Shown: positions 34,256 to 45,182 of the stretch, one piece after another | Numbering within the stretch: position 1 is the first letter of the stretch | Layout: each line of letters starts with the position of its first letter | Origin: Amoeboaphelidium protococcarum X5 | Lineage: Eukaryota; Fungi; Aphelidiomycota | Reading direction: 5' to 3' | NCBI GenBank assembly: GCA_023515725.1 | Contig: JALDTO010000098.1 | Coordinates: forward strand, 1,514,164-1,578,163 | DNA length: 64,000 nt | Notes under the pieces: model-generated | Told to the model about the DNA's origin: nothing | The model's database searches: none | The model's input: only the letters and a program-made list of their open reading frames with translations | Position numbers and translations under genes: made by a program

Positions 34256-35770
34256 ACTGGTTGTTGGATTTTTTTTCCATTTTGCGACAAGAGTCGAAGT
34301 GAATTAAGGCGTGAACTCGTTCAGCTCGAACCCTGGAAATTTAACACGCGATTTGTCTCTTAAGAGAAAAGCAACTGCGATTGATGATTACGACTATAAT
34401 ATGGAGTAGTGGCATCTATAGTTTAAGAATTCATCTTTAGGGTTGATTCGTCATACCAAAATTAGATGCCATCAAGGCGATTAGCCTTCGAAAGAGAATT
34501 AAACTGGTGCTGATCCACGCAGTTGTAATGATTCCTCACCAGAACGTCCAATTGAGAGTGGTACCGCTAACCAGCTAAAACTAGGCAAAGGAGATAGGAA
34601 AATGATTCGAGTTCCCAAAGATACCGGCGAATGCGTTTATATTCTATGCGCAGCATCATAGAAATGTTCTCAAACATTTTCAGCTAGAAATGAATAGGCT
34701 GTGATTGCTCGTGAATTGGGCAATTAATGGAAGGCCATTTCAGAGGATGGAAAGAGGGAGTAGTATGGTGTTTATGAGAAAGATAAGAAGCTATTGTTAT
34801 AAGAGATGAGGCTTCTAATAGAGATACTCCATTAAAGTAGATTATGTTGACGCATGACTGCTGTGATGTTCAGATCACTTGCAGATACTGCCAAAAGTGT
34901 AATACAAGCACTGATTGGATTAGTATAGTCAGACGTTATACAAATAAGTCAGCTAATGTCTGACCAAAACCGAGATATCTTATGCTCTCTATCTTTTCAT
35001 GATTACATGTAAATGCTGTTGAAGTGTGTATGGACTGTTGCACAGATCAGAGTGTCAAGGTTGGCGAACGTGTGGCGCAACCTTAAGTGAAACGCTTTTA
35101 TCTGTGAACAGTGAAAAAACAGTTTCACGATAAAACTAATTGATATTTAGATTTTCATATTTTATACAAATTATAACATCCAATGTTCCCAAAATTATGC
35201 ATGCTACTAATCCAATCAGGAAAGAACCAAGTGGTGTGCATTTTATCGGAAATAATTATTTGGAGTGGTACACCGATATCATGTTTGTACTGGCTGCAGA
35301 GGGTGCTCTGTCAATTGCAACAAATCGCAAGATATATCAGGCATTCAAAACTGCTTAAGAAAGCGGTGCTGAGAAGAATTCGGTCATTGCTGCATTGAAA
35401 GGAGATAATCATTCAGATTTGCCTGCATCTGCCACACCTGATCAAATACGTGAATTTGCTGCCAAGCACAAGCTGCAAATGGACACCATTGCGAAGCTGG
35501 AAAAAAGAAAATGGAGTTGCAATGAAGAAGATAACTGAGTCTATGGAAATGAAGTACCGTTGTCACAACGAAGGCGAAGAGTACGCGTTCTGTGCATTAG
35601 AAGAAATGCAACGCGTGTTTGATCAAAAAAATTGACGAATCCGTGGACTTGGCCAAGAAGTCTTACAATGCAGAGTCGTATGCCGGGTTCAAAGACTCGT
35701 TCTTTTTCCTGGTCAGGATGAAGGTGTTGAGAAAGGAAGTTGAACGCCGTGGGGACAAGAGCATTGATGA
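33753..35770 (+). repeat. ~2.0 kb near-identical direct repeat, copy 1
   Basis: Matches 42727-44744 at a constant offset of 8974; identical ORF-track entries occur in both copies. Confidence 0.97.
34401..34850 (+). pseudogene. Degenerate HMG-box gene (copy 1; copy 2 at 43375-43824)
   Basis: PKIPANAFIFYAQHHR in one frame and IARELGNQWKAISEDGKREQY...EKDKK...QEM in another, i.e. a frameshifted HMG box. Confidence 0.6.
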
Positions 35771-37360
35771 CAACTAATTGGTTAGAGATGTACTCAGCAA
35801 ATTGCCTTCTGATTATACAAAGAAGGTGGAAGTGTATCGCGAGATGAAAAGATATACTCTAACACCTGCTGCAGAAGTGTTGGCAAAATTTGAGTCTGTA
35901 GTGCGTGGTTGGGATGACACGATTGCTAATGAAAAGTTTGCAATTGGCTAAAAGCAGCATCCGCCAATCATGACTCAGTTGGGAAAAGGGGGGAATGGTA
36001 ATTCTCAGTAAGCCTAGAAACGTGATTTCCGTCAACCTACTGCTTTCGGCGATCCCCGTTAGCAATTTGGTCCATTGGATGCTACTGGAGACAACATGTT
36101 TATCAATGGACACTGGGTCTGCTCTGTGTGTCGTGGTACAAATCACAACAAGAAAAAGTGCTTTAACAAGGGAGGCGACATGGAGCATCCGCGTCATCCA
36201 GAATTTGAGCAGTCAAACCAGGAGTGTCGTAATGCAATTAAGAGGAGGCGCTTGTTGGTTCAGCAGATGAGAGATGATCATGAAAAGGTCAAGTCATCTA
36301 GCTAGTGAATTTAAAGTGAGAAGATAATAAAAAGATCTAATTCAATGCAACATTTTTGGTTTAGTATCAGATCTTGTAGGTAAGAATTCAGTCGACCTGA
36401 AGGAAGTCTGGGTGAGTGATGGTGGCAGTACTCATTTCTGAACAACTCGCAAGGACTGGCTGGTTAATGTTAAGCCATGTAATAGATTTGCAATTTGTGC
36501 AGGCGGCGCCCGAGTCCTTATCACACACCTTGGTGAAGTTAATGTGATTATGCACTAAGATTCGGGAGACACATCTGTTCGTCTGTAAGAAGTGTTTTAC
36601 TCTGACCAGTTTGAATGCAATTTGTTTCCCGTTGCCTGTCTGGACAGACAAGGTTACAAAATACATTATGGAAATCAATCTGTTGCTTTTATTGACCCTG
36701 ATGGTGAATAAACTGGGGGTGGCAAGTTGTTAAAAAATGATTTATATGTTGTTGACGCGTCTACAGTTCCTGTATCTGATGTTGATCAAGATTAAACTGC
36801 AATATACGTTATGATTCTGTCTCAACGATCAAAATTTGTGACTCTCTAGTAGATACATGAACGCTGTAGTCATGAAAATTTCAAGCTGCTGAAAGACATG
36901 ATTGCGCGTGGTAAGTTTAACAAGTGGAAACTAGATTTGTCAGATGCAGATTCTTTAATGACATGCGCTGATTGTATGAGTTGTGTCAAGTCTAAGATGA
37001 CTCGTCGGTCGTATGCGGCTATTACTGGAAGACTGCGCTCAACACGTCCTTTAGAGGTTGTTCATACTGATTTGATGGGCCCAATGAAAACTCAAACACC
37101 AAATCACAAGAAATATACTTTAGTTGTTGTTGATGATTACACTGGTTACGCGCATTTGTCATTACTTCATGATAAGGAATCATCTGGAAAGAGTTGAAGG
37201 CGAGTTTGACTCGAATGGAAGTTGAGTGTCCAAATCACAAAGTGGACACTGTAAAGTGTGACAGAAGTGGTGAGTACATCAAGTAAGATGTCAAAGATTA
37301 GTGTAAAGTAAAGGATATATTACTTGATGTTGTGCCGCGCCACACTCCACAACTTAATAG
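35017..37360 (+). mobile_element. Truncated, decayed Ty1/copia LTR retrotransposon (putative LTR 35017-35178, gag, protease, integrase; no RT/RNase H)
   Basis: TGTT...AACA-bounded segment; gag ATG 35197 (GNNYLEW, VLSKLPSDY); zinc knuckle CSVCRGTNHNKKKC; protease WVSDGGSTH; integrase H..H..C..C, PLEVVHTDLMGP, VVVDDYTG, CDRSGEY, PRHTPQLN. Several frameshifts and TGAs. LTR call is weak because no canonical PBS is visible. Confidence 0.88.
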
Positions 37361-37573
37361 AATGTTGTCACTTGATGATGAGACAACAGTACCCTTGAGT
37401 TTAATGAGTTGTTATTGCAAGGAGTTTATCAAGCTGTGTATGAAAAAGATTTTTTTTAGTTTACTGGAAATTGGGAGCGTGTACGTAGTCGGATTTTCAA
37501 TGAAAGACCGAGTTGTAGTCTATGGGATTATGTATTGTCTAATCGTCAAGATTTCATGTGTCTGTCGTAAATA

Positions 37574-38173
37574 ATGACAGATAGCTGTTTGAGTGTCACG
37601 TATCATCTGAAAGATATTCCCTTGTGGACTGGACTTGTGTTCAAATTTGATGATTCTCTCAATGGTGGCTCTCTGTTGGAAGCTTTTAAATATGCAATTC
37701 CACTTGCAGTGAGACATGCATACAGAAGATTGCCTCAGAGTTATGAAGAAGATTCATCTAAATTCTGCGATAAACTTGACAAAGCTTTACACACGCAAGT
37801 CTTACTCCATCATCATTTATCGTCTATTGATAAGCAGATACAAGAGATGTAGTTGCATTTATAATCGATTAATCTTGTAATACCAGAAGATTCAGCGGCT
37901 GTCGCTGAATCGAAGGCTACTGCAGTTAACTTTGTCAGCTAATCAAGTTGCAGGAGGATATTCGTTGCAAAAGATGCATAGTTTAAGTGCATGTTGCGTC
38001 CGATGATTGTTTGTGTGGATTATTCGCAGTATCGTTTGGTTATTTAAGATGTTTTAAGCGCATTGAGCACGTCAGATGTGAGTACAAGTAATAGAGACTC
38101 TTTCAAGAATTGGAGAGCCTGTGAAAAGTGTGTGACTTAAGTTGTCAAGAATACTAAAGTTAGTTTGACATGA
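37574..38173 (+). CDS. Hypothetical protein or gene fragment abutting the copia truncation point
   Basis: 199-codon open frame under TAR=Q; no recognised motif. Confidence 0.4.
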
Positions 38174-38284
38174 AATTCAAAGAGTCTATGTTATAACATC
38201 CTGTACTTATTTAAAAAGAAGAATATGTTGATTTTATAAACGCGTCTAACCAAAACAACAAAATATACATTTAAATTTATTTCT

Positions 38285-39397
38285 TCAGAAACTACCTTCT
38301 AAATAATATGTTTCTTGTGCGTCCAACATTTCGCATTCAACATGATCGTGAGCATTAGTCGGAAATGCACCCATAGCATTCTGTCGCGTCTGGACAAAGT
38401 GGACAGCAGCTCCGCAAGCAAGCAAGTATTATCCGTCCACCTCAACAAATGCCTTCTTCTTCCACCAATTCTAAATAAGATACCTCATAGAATCACCCTC
38501 CTTTCTAACGCCAACAAGAACCATGGCGTGAAATCCATTTAACGTAGTCGTCAAAGCTCCGAGGTGTTACCAATCTGCTGAATCAAACGCTTCTTCGACT
38601 TCAAACCTTGAAATTAACGCGGGGCCAAACGACTTCAAGTATGATTCGATTTCGTCTGTTGCCGCGCGTGGAAGCAACACGGGAGCAGGCTGTTGCATTA
38701 AAATGCTCTTCAGGAATGTTTATGAGTCACCACCCTCATCATACCAAATACGACGCTCCAATTAGATCGCAGACATGTGCTTCTTCAAGTAAACAGCCAT
38801 ATCAAGCATCGGAACGGCATCATCGGAAAACATGGCGACAAGATAATGCTAAAGAATGACCGGTGCGTGCATATAGCATAAACCGCTTAGCTGAACGCGT
38901 TCCACGTAGGCATGGGGCTTGTCCTTGAGTAACTCATGATCGCGGAAAATCACATAACTATTTTCGGGACCCCATTCAGGATGCTTGGCAACAAAAGCAT
39001 CAAACAAAGTCCCCTCATCGTCGAAATTCTTTCCCACCTCTCCTTTAACAACAATCCTTCTGAGTCGCTCACGGGCCAATGTCAATTTATTGCGCGCCTC
39101 AACGGAGCCATTTGGGTTGAGCAAATCATTGAATTTCGTTTTCCTCACCACAGGCTTCTCGTCTCGCATAATACCCTTTGCATACAGAAAAACACGCAAG
39201 TCGTCTTACATCTCTTCTTCTGTCAGCCCGTCCGCCTTCATCAGAGCCATGGCAGAATTTGCGTCGTCGTCCGATAATTTCCAAGAATCTCGACGCTTCT
39301 CAATAACGGCTACCTCCGTAGTCACAGCTGCACTGATCTTGGCTGCTTTCGAGGACGATGGCGGATCAGTCAATATCTTTCGTTTTCTGCTCGCCAT
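38285..39397 (-). CDS. Papain-like (clan CA) cysteine peptidase with N-terminal NLS-like stretch, 370 aa
   Basis: QLSGLCYMHA (oxyanion Q, catalytic C), FHAMVLVG (H), YLIQNWW (N). N-terminus MASRKRK; no signal peptide. Confidence 0.75.
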
Positions 39398-39684
39398 TTA
39401 CAAGAGATGAAGAAATGAAAGTAAATGGAAGCTCCAATCACGTGTTTTGTGAGTCGTGCAGCCCAACACGAATACTATTTTGATCATTTTTTTCAAGATA
39501 ACCCTCACGATACTGAGTTATTGTGCTGTAAAGGTGCAAATATTGATGAAATTTCCCTGCCTATTCATATAATATACCTACTTACAATGTAGGTACCTAC
39601 CTAGTTTTTTCAATTTTAACTATATAGTTACAATGTAGGTAGGTAGGTATTTATGTACTCCCTTGATCTATATTACCCCTATAT

Positions 39685-40383
39685 ATCGCGCGTATTCTAG
39701 TCCTTTTGTGGTCGGTGCCCTGTTCGCACATCCCACCTATGATGTTCGTGGTTAATCCGACACTATATTTAAAGGTTTTTCCGGTAATCCTTTGTTAGCG
39801 ACTAAGGCCAAAAGAGCTGCCGCCTTTCCAGTCTCTAAATTATGGCACCATGGTTCTCGCGGGATCTAAACGCTTTGCACTTTATATCGCACTGGGTGTC
39901 CCACTATACTCTGCTCGTAGAAATGTTTTAAAGTGTTCGTTGAGAATGATAGTCGAGATGCGATATTCACCTGGCCTTTTGATAGCGGCAATTCTAATTA
40001 AAATGATGAGCCATACTCTAGAGAAAGGGTGGCGCGTTCTTATACTCTCCAAGTCATGACCAGTGTCATTATGCAAGTAATTACGATATGCTTGCTGGCT
40101 TGTGGAGAAGACGATGTCTTCCTTGAATCCTGTGGCTGTGGAAGCGACGCCTTTGAAGAGTATCCAGGCATCCTCTACTGGCGCATTTACCTGTGAGGAG
40201 TAGTAAGGTCGGAAGAGGAAGAGGGAAGACGCATCATCGAAGAAGTAAGCTCGTTCTGTTTCTCTAAGGAAGAGAATTTCCTAATATATTTCAGGATATA
40301 TTGATGGGTAACCTATCTACACCAAGGTCCGCGTAATGGACGAGTTGTAGGTCGAAGAACTGGAAAGACTATTAGCAGAATGA
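39685..40383 (+). pseudogene. 5'-truncated, frameshifted paralog of the PD-(D/E)xK gene at 29063-30331
   Basis: PFVVGALFAHPTYDVRGQSDTIF...LLATKAKR...WHHGSRGIQ...FKVFVEND...TWPF aligns with the intact copy; catalytic E replaced by K at 39804-39806. Confidence 0.8.
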
Positions 40384-40704
40384 AGTTGTTCACTACAGTT
40401 TTACTATTAACATCAAACGAAAAGTTGTTCTATACATTATGTCTATTTATATTTTATTTACCCAACCCCTGTTTTATATTCTCTTACTAATCTCATGCCA
40501 TTAATCCTATACTTACATAGTTAACAATGTAGGTAGATACCTGTATATTAAGCTAAGTCTAAAAATAACCAAACATCTACCGAGCTGATAAACGCATTCG
40601 TGAACGGGAAGGTATTGAGCCTGATAGAAGGCAAAGTAAGAGATCAAGAAAGTAAAGTATTTATTGGCACCATTAAAACCCAGTGGGAAAGGTATGCACT
40701 ACTT

Positions 40705-41715
40705 TCACTCTAACGCTACTTCTGCCTTGAATTGCTCATACGATTTATAACACATTGTTGCTGACCATTCATTAGGCAGGAAAAATCCGAAACGTAGGCC
40801 ATACATTGTGCCCCAAACCAAGAGAATCGTCCAAAAAGGAAACAGTATGGGAAATATAGCAAGGCGTACCAGTCCAAATAGTGTACATGGATTCAAAAAT
40901 GACAAAAAGCGGATCCATAATCCACCATCTGATTCAGTCAAACACTCGTAGGCAATAGCACCACAATTTTGGACCAATAAAGTGTAGTTCACTTCATCCC
41001 GAATAATTCTATCGAATAGATCTGAGATCATTAAACCAAGTGAATTGGCCACATTCGCCAATTTAGCTTGAAGAGGGATCATACTACTCTCGATCCACAT
41101 GTATTAGTATTCATGCAGCTTTTTTATGCGAATATCACTTTCCCAATCATGAACATGACACCTTTGAATACGTCTTAGACGATGACCATCCAGCATATAT
41201 TCATCTCCAGCTTTAAGCGTGTATTTGAAGTCGTTTTCGTCTAAATCCAAATTTCCATACGCTGATATTGCCACATTTTCCAAATTTTCGAGATTTTATA
41301 CATTATCTGCTGCACGATTGCATCTGAAGCTCAATAGTTCTGGAAAGGCATCCTGATTACCATCATCACCCTCGACATATCTCCCTATCAGACACCCATT
41401 ATTATTCCTCTACTCTTCGAAAAACCGGCTCTCCGTCTGAAATACTTATGCCGCAACAACAAAGGTACTTGGTGCCAATGACCAGACTGACCTGCTTCTA
41501 GTACGGTCACCATAATCGAAACTCACAACCCAGGACGAACCATGGCCGGTAGTGATCATAGGTGCTTTGTGAACTATTTGGAAAAACTCAACATGGTTGA
41601 GTCCAGGAAATCCGACCAAGAGCGAAGCAAGGATGTCAGCAAGACATTGCATGCAACGAGGCAGACCCGGATAAAGTTTTCGTATTCGAAAGGCCATTTA
41701 ATGTACGAATATCAT
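40705..41715 (-). CDS. Hypothetical protein, possibly a permuted papain-like (PPPDE/LRAT) fold, with hydrophobic C-terminus
   Basis: Track ORFs 41446-41697 and 40705-41100 join in one frame; NHVEF...SFDYG and NYTLLVQNCG motifs. Confidence 0.5.
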
Positions 41716-42560
41716 CTTTGCTGGCTTCAATGGAACTAGATACACTATTATTTAATTCGATGTTTCTGGCCCATGGATTCATGTTTTGCTTTCCCATGAA
41801 GGACACAAGTTGTTATCAAATGCAATCGTTCGCATAAATAATTGTGAGTAGGATCCATAACTTCAAAAGTTTATGAGATGAACTTTATTTCAGCTGAGGA
41901 TTTGCTGCGTAAGAAGATTGGTCTGGTCTCCTGCGGTTGCGGACTTGCTAGTCCCATGTTTAGTCATTGCGTGTGAGATGATGTGGTTATGTAGATTTCG
42001 GCTCAACTGGCCACTTTGTGCCAGGCTGTGGATTTGAAGAATCGGCTGAATAGCCGTCTGAAGAAGGATCCCCCAGATTTTGTGTTGAGTATATAGTTGC
42101 GGGAGGTGTCCACAATTTGAAGGCCTATACTCCTAAATTAGACCCGCGCCATTTGTTTGATGGTACATTCTATATGCCTGGTGTTGGCGCCAAGTGCGTA
42201 CGTTAGTACTCTTTGCACTCTACTGACAAGAGCAACAACTCGGCCGACAGTGGAGAGCTATGAGTTTTATGGCCATTTTTCAGAACGCGTTCGTTGTGAT
42301 AACAAAAGTATATCAGTGAATGTAACGCATTTCGTTTTCATTTATGACTGATTGACTTTTAGCGTAGAAATCATCGTTTGGATCAACTTTAATGTCATAG
42401 CGGAGCTATGCGCGTCGATGCTCACAATTCTAGGTAAGATTGCTGCGAAGCTGTCGGCTCTCAAGGATCAAAACCTGAGAGATAGTAGAACGCGTACAAC
42501 TAAAGGAGTCAACAAGAAAGAATTTATGTAAAATCAATATGTATTTAATGCTATGGTTCA

Positions 42561-43229
42561 TCACTATTTGCGGCGTTACTTTTTTGCAGGTTGCGTGCTG
42601 CTCTGGGTACGAGGAGGAGGCGTCCGTCTTCGAGAGCTGCCATTGGCAACATTCGTGCCCAGAGCGGTTGGAGACTCGCAGACGGCTTTGAGAACCTGCT
42701 AAGCTACATCTTTACTGACAGGAGTCAAATTTTGAATCACTGTCTCTGCCTCGCCGCGCAATTGCTCATTGTCGCGGTTTTCACTGGCCAGATATTTGAG
42801 CAGCAGGTGGGCCATTGCATTCCACTCACTGCGGTCTCCCTAGTGCTCGTGGCAATACCTCGCCAGTGCCACAGGATCAGAGCCGCACAGTTCCTCCAAT
42901 TCCGCCAATGCCGTCTGAATATTTTGTGGCAAGCGACCCTTGTGCTCATCCAATTCTTTGAGCAGCAAGGACATGTTGGAAGTCTTGGTAAAATTGACTG
43001 TTTACCAAGACTCCTGGCCCGGCTGGCGCTCGACCAACACCGGATCCTTGTACAAACCGCCAACTCTGCGGCAGAACATTTATCCAAACGCGCTTAATAG
43101 ATCACGAATTTGGATCTTTCCTAACTGGACTTGCAGATCCGAGACTGTAGCCTTTAAATCACTAATTTCTTCTCGTTAGTCCTGGACAATATTCTCTAAT
43201 CGCTTTAATCTATTCTCAATATCAGACAT
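42561..43229 (-). CDS. Hypothetical coiled-coil protein, 222 aa, with basic C-terminal NLS-like tail
   Basis: Complete ATG-to-TGA frame ending PAKKQRRKQ. Confidence 0.55.
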
Positions 43230-44744
43230 ACTGGTTGTTGGATTTTTTTTCCATTTTGCGACAAGAGTCGAAGTGAATTAAGGCGTGAACTCGTTCAGCT
43301 CGAACCCTGGAAATTTAACACGCGATTTGTCTCTTAAGAGAAAAGCAACTGCGATTGATGATTACGACTATAATATGGAGTAGTGGCATCTATAGTTTAA
43401 GAATTCATCTTTAGGGTTGATTCGTCATACCAAAATTAGATGCCATCAAGGCGATTAGCCTTCGAAAGAGAATTAAACTGGTGCTGATCCACGCAGTTGT
43501 AATGATTCCTCACCAGAACGTCCAATTGAGAGTGGTACCGCTAACCAGCTAAAACTAGGCAAAGGAGATAGGAAAATGATTCGAGTTCCCAAAGATACCG
43601 GCGAATGCGTTTATATTCTATGCGCAGCATCATAGAAATGTTCTCAAACATTTTCAGCTAGAAATGAATAGGCTGTGATTGCTCGTGAATTGGGCAATTA
43701 ATGGAAGGCCATTTCAGAGGATGGAAAGAGGGAGTAGTATGGTGTTTATGAGAAAGATAAGAAGCTATTGTTATAAGAGATGAGGCTTCTAATAGAGATA
43801 CTCCATTAAAGTAGATTATGTTGACGCATGACTGCTGTGATGTTCAGATCACTTGCAGATACTGCCAAAAGTGTAATACAAGCACTGATTGGATTAGTAT
43901 AGTCAGACGTTATACAAATAAGTCAGCTAATGTCTGACCAAAACCGAGATATCTTATGCTCTCTATCTTTTCATGATTACATGTAAATGCTGTTGAAGTG
44001 TGTATGGACTGTTGCACAGATCAGAGTGTCAAGGTTGGCGAACGTGTGGCGCAACCTTAAGTGAAACGCTTTTATCTGTGAACAGTGAAAAAACAGTTTC
44101 ACGATAAAACTAATTGATATTTAGATTTTCATATTTTATACAAATTATAACATCCAATGTTCCCAAAATTATGCATGCTACTAATCCAATCAGGAAAGAA
44201 CCAAGTGGTGTGCATTTTATCGGAAATAATTATTTGGAGTGGTACACCGATATCATGTTTGTACTGGCTGCAGAGGGTGCTCTGTCAATTGCAACAAATC
44301 GCAAGATATATCAGGCATTCAAAACTGCTTAAGAAAGCGGTGCTGAGAAGAATTCGGTCATTGCTGCATTGAAAGGAGATAATCATTCAGATTTGCCTGC
44401 ATCTGCCACACCTGATCAAATACGTGAATTTGCTGCCAAGCACAAGCTGCAAATGGACACCATTGCGAAGCTGGAAAAAAGAAAATGGAGTTGCAATGAA
44501 GAAGATAACTGAGTCTATGGAAATGAAGTACCGTTGTCACAACGAAGGCGAAGAGTACGCGTTCTGTGCATTAGAAGAAATGCAACGCGTGTTTGATCAA
44601 AAAAATTGACGAATCCGTGGACTTGGCCAAGAAGTCTTACAATGCAGAGTCGTATGCCGGGTTCAAACACGCGTTCTTTTTCCTGGTCAGGATGAAGGTG
44701 TTGAGAAAGGAAGTTGAACGCCGTGGGGATAAGATCATTGAAGA
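42727..44744 (+). repeat. ~2.0 kb near-identical direct repeat, copy 2 (includes HMG remnant, putative LTR 43991-44152 and truncated gag)
   Basis: Matches 33753-35770. Confidence 0.97.
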
Positions 44745-44747
44745 TCC

Positions 44748-44875
44748 CACAAGTTTTATCATCGAGATATCATGGCAGCTGAAAATCTTACACAAGTCCT
44801 CACATGTCTGATTTGCGATGAGCCTCGAAATATCTGTGCAGCAAGAATCAAAGTCGATATCAAGAATCAGAATGA
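44748..44875 (+). mobile_element. C-terminal remnant of a TnpB/Fanzor-like RuvC nuclease (RuvC-III)
   Basis: HKFYHRDIMAAENLTQVLTCLICDEPR, then after a frameshift KYLCSKN...TGA. Matches the (H/N)RD..AA.N and RP.YL end motifs of TnpB/Fanzor proteins. Confidence 0.65.
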
Positions 44876-45035
44876 GCTCAAATGCTTGGTAAATTTCAAA
44901 TTATGCGGCTTGTCAAGCGCGCTCAAAAGTTACTTGGGATTTTGAATGATTTCATTTGACTCCTAGTATGATGTCAATTTCAATAGCCTTGGTAACACGG
45001 CGATCAAGTAAAAACAAGGATTACCTTGTAAATCT
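44876..45035 (+). ncRNA. Candidate omegaRNA-like structured non-coding segment
   Basis: Complementary segments TTACTTG(44930-36)/CAAGTAA(45005-11) enclose TTGAA/TTCAA, TTGAC/GTCAA and GCCTTG-GTAA-CACGGC (GNRA loop); then the hairpin ACAAGG-ATTA-CCTTGT (45014-29). Lies directly 3' of the RuvC-III remnant. Confidence 0.4.
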
Positions 45036-45182
45036 ATGCACACCAATTCAACTTTGTAAACTCATTAAAACTTTTTTAAATTATGGTATTAACTTTCACC
45101 AAGTAGACCGTCTTGATTAAATTTGATATTTTCCGCATTCAAGCTTTCCCTTCGTCACCTACAAAACCAAACATATCGCTTG

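Noticed and set aside
28308-36441. TGA as Cys/selenocysteine (TGA at probable Cys positions in SWIM at 28308 and copia protease at 36439)
   Set aside because: Both lie in decayed elements with other lesions, TGY>TGA is a single change, no SECIS was recognised, and I saw no internal TGA in the intact genes.
44760-44768. HRD as a protein kinase catalytic loop
   Set aside because: Kinases read HRD(L/I)KxxN; here the spacing is HRDIMAAEN with no Lys and no DFG, which fits RuvC-III better.
27292-45085. Direct repeats taccttgtaa (27292-27301 / 45022-45031) and taaattatg (27307-27315 / 45077-45085) as target-site duplications of the island
   Set aside because: Two competing AT-rich candidates and no terminal inverted repeats inside either; cannot be distinguished from chance without an empty-site allele.
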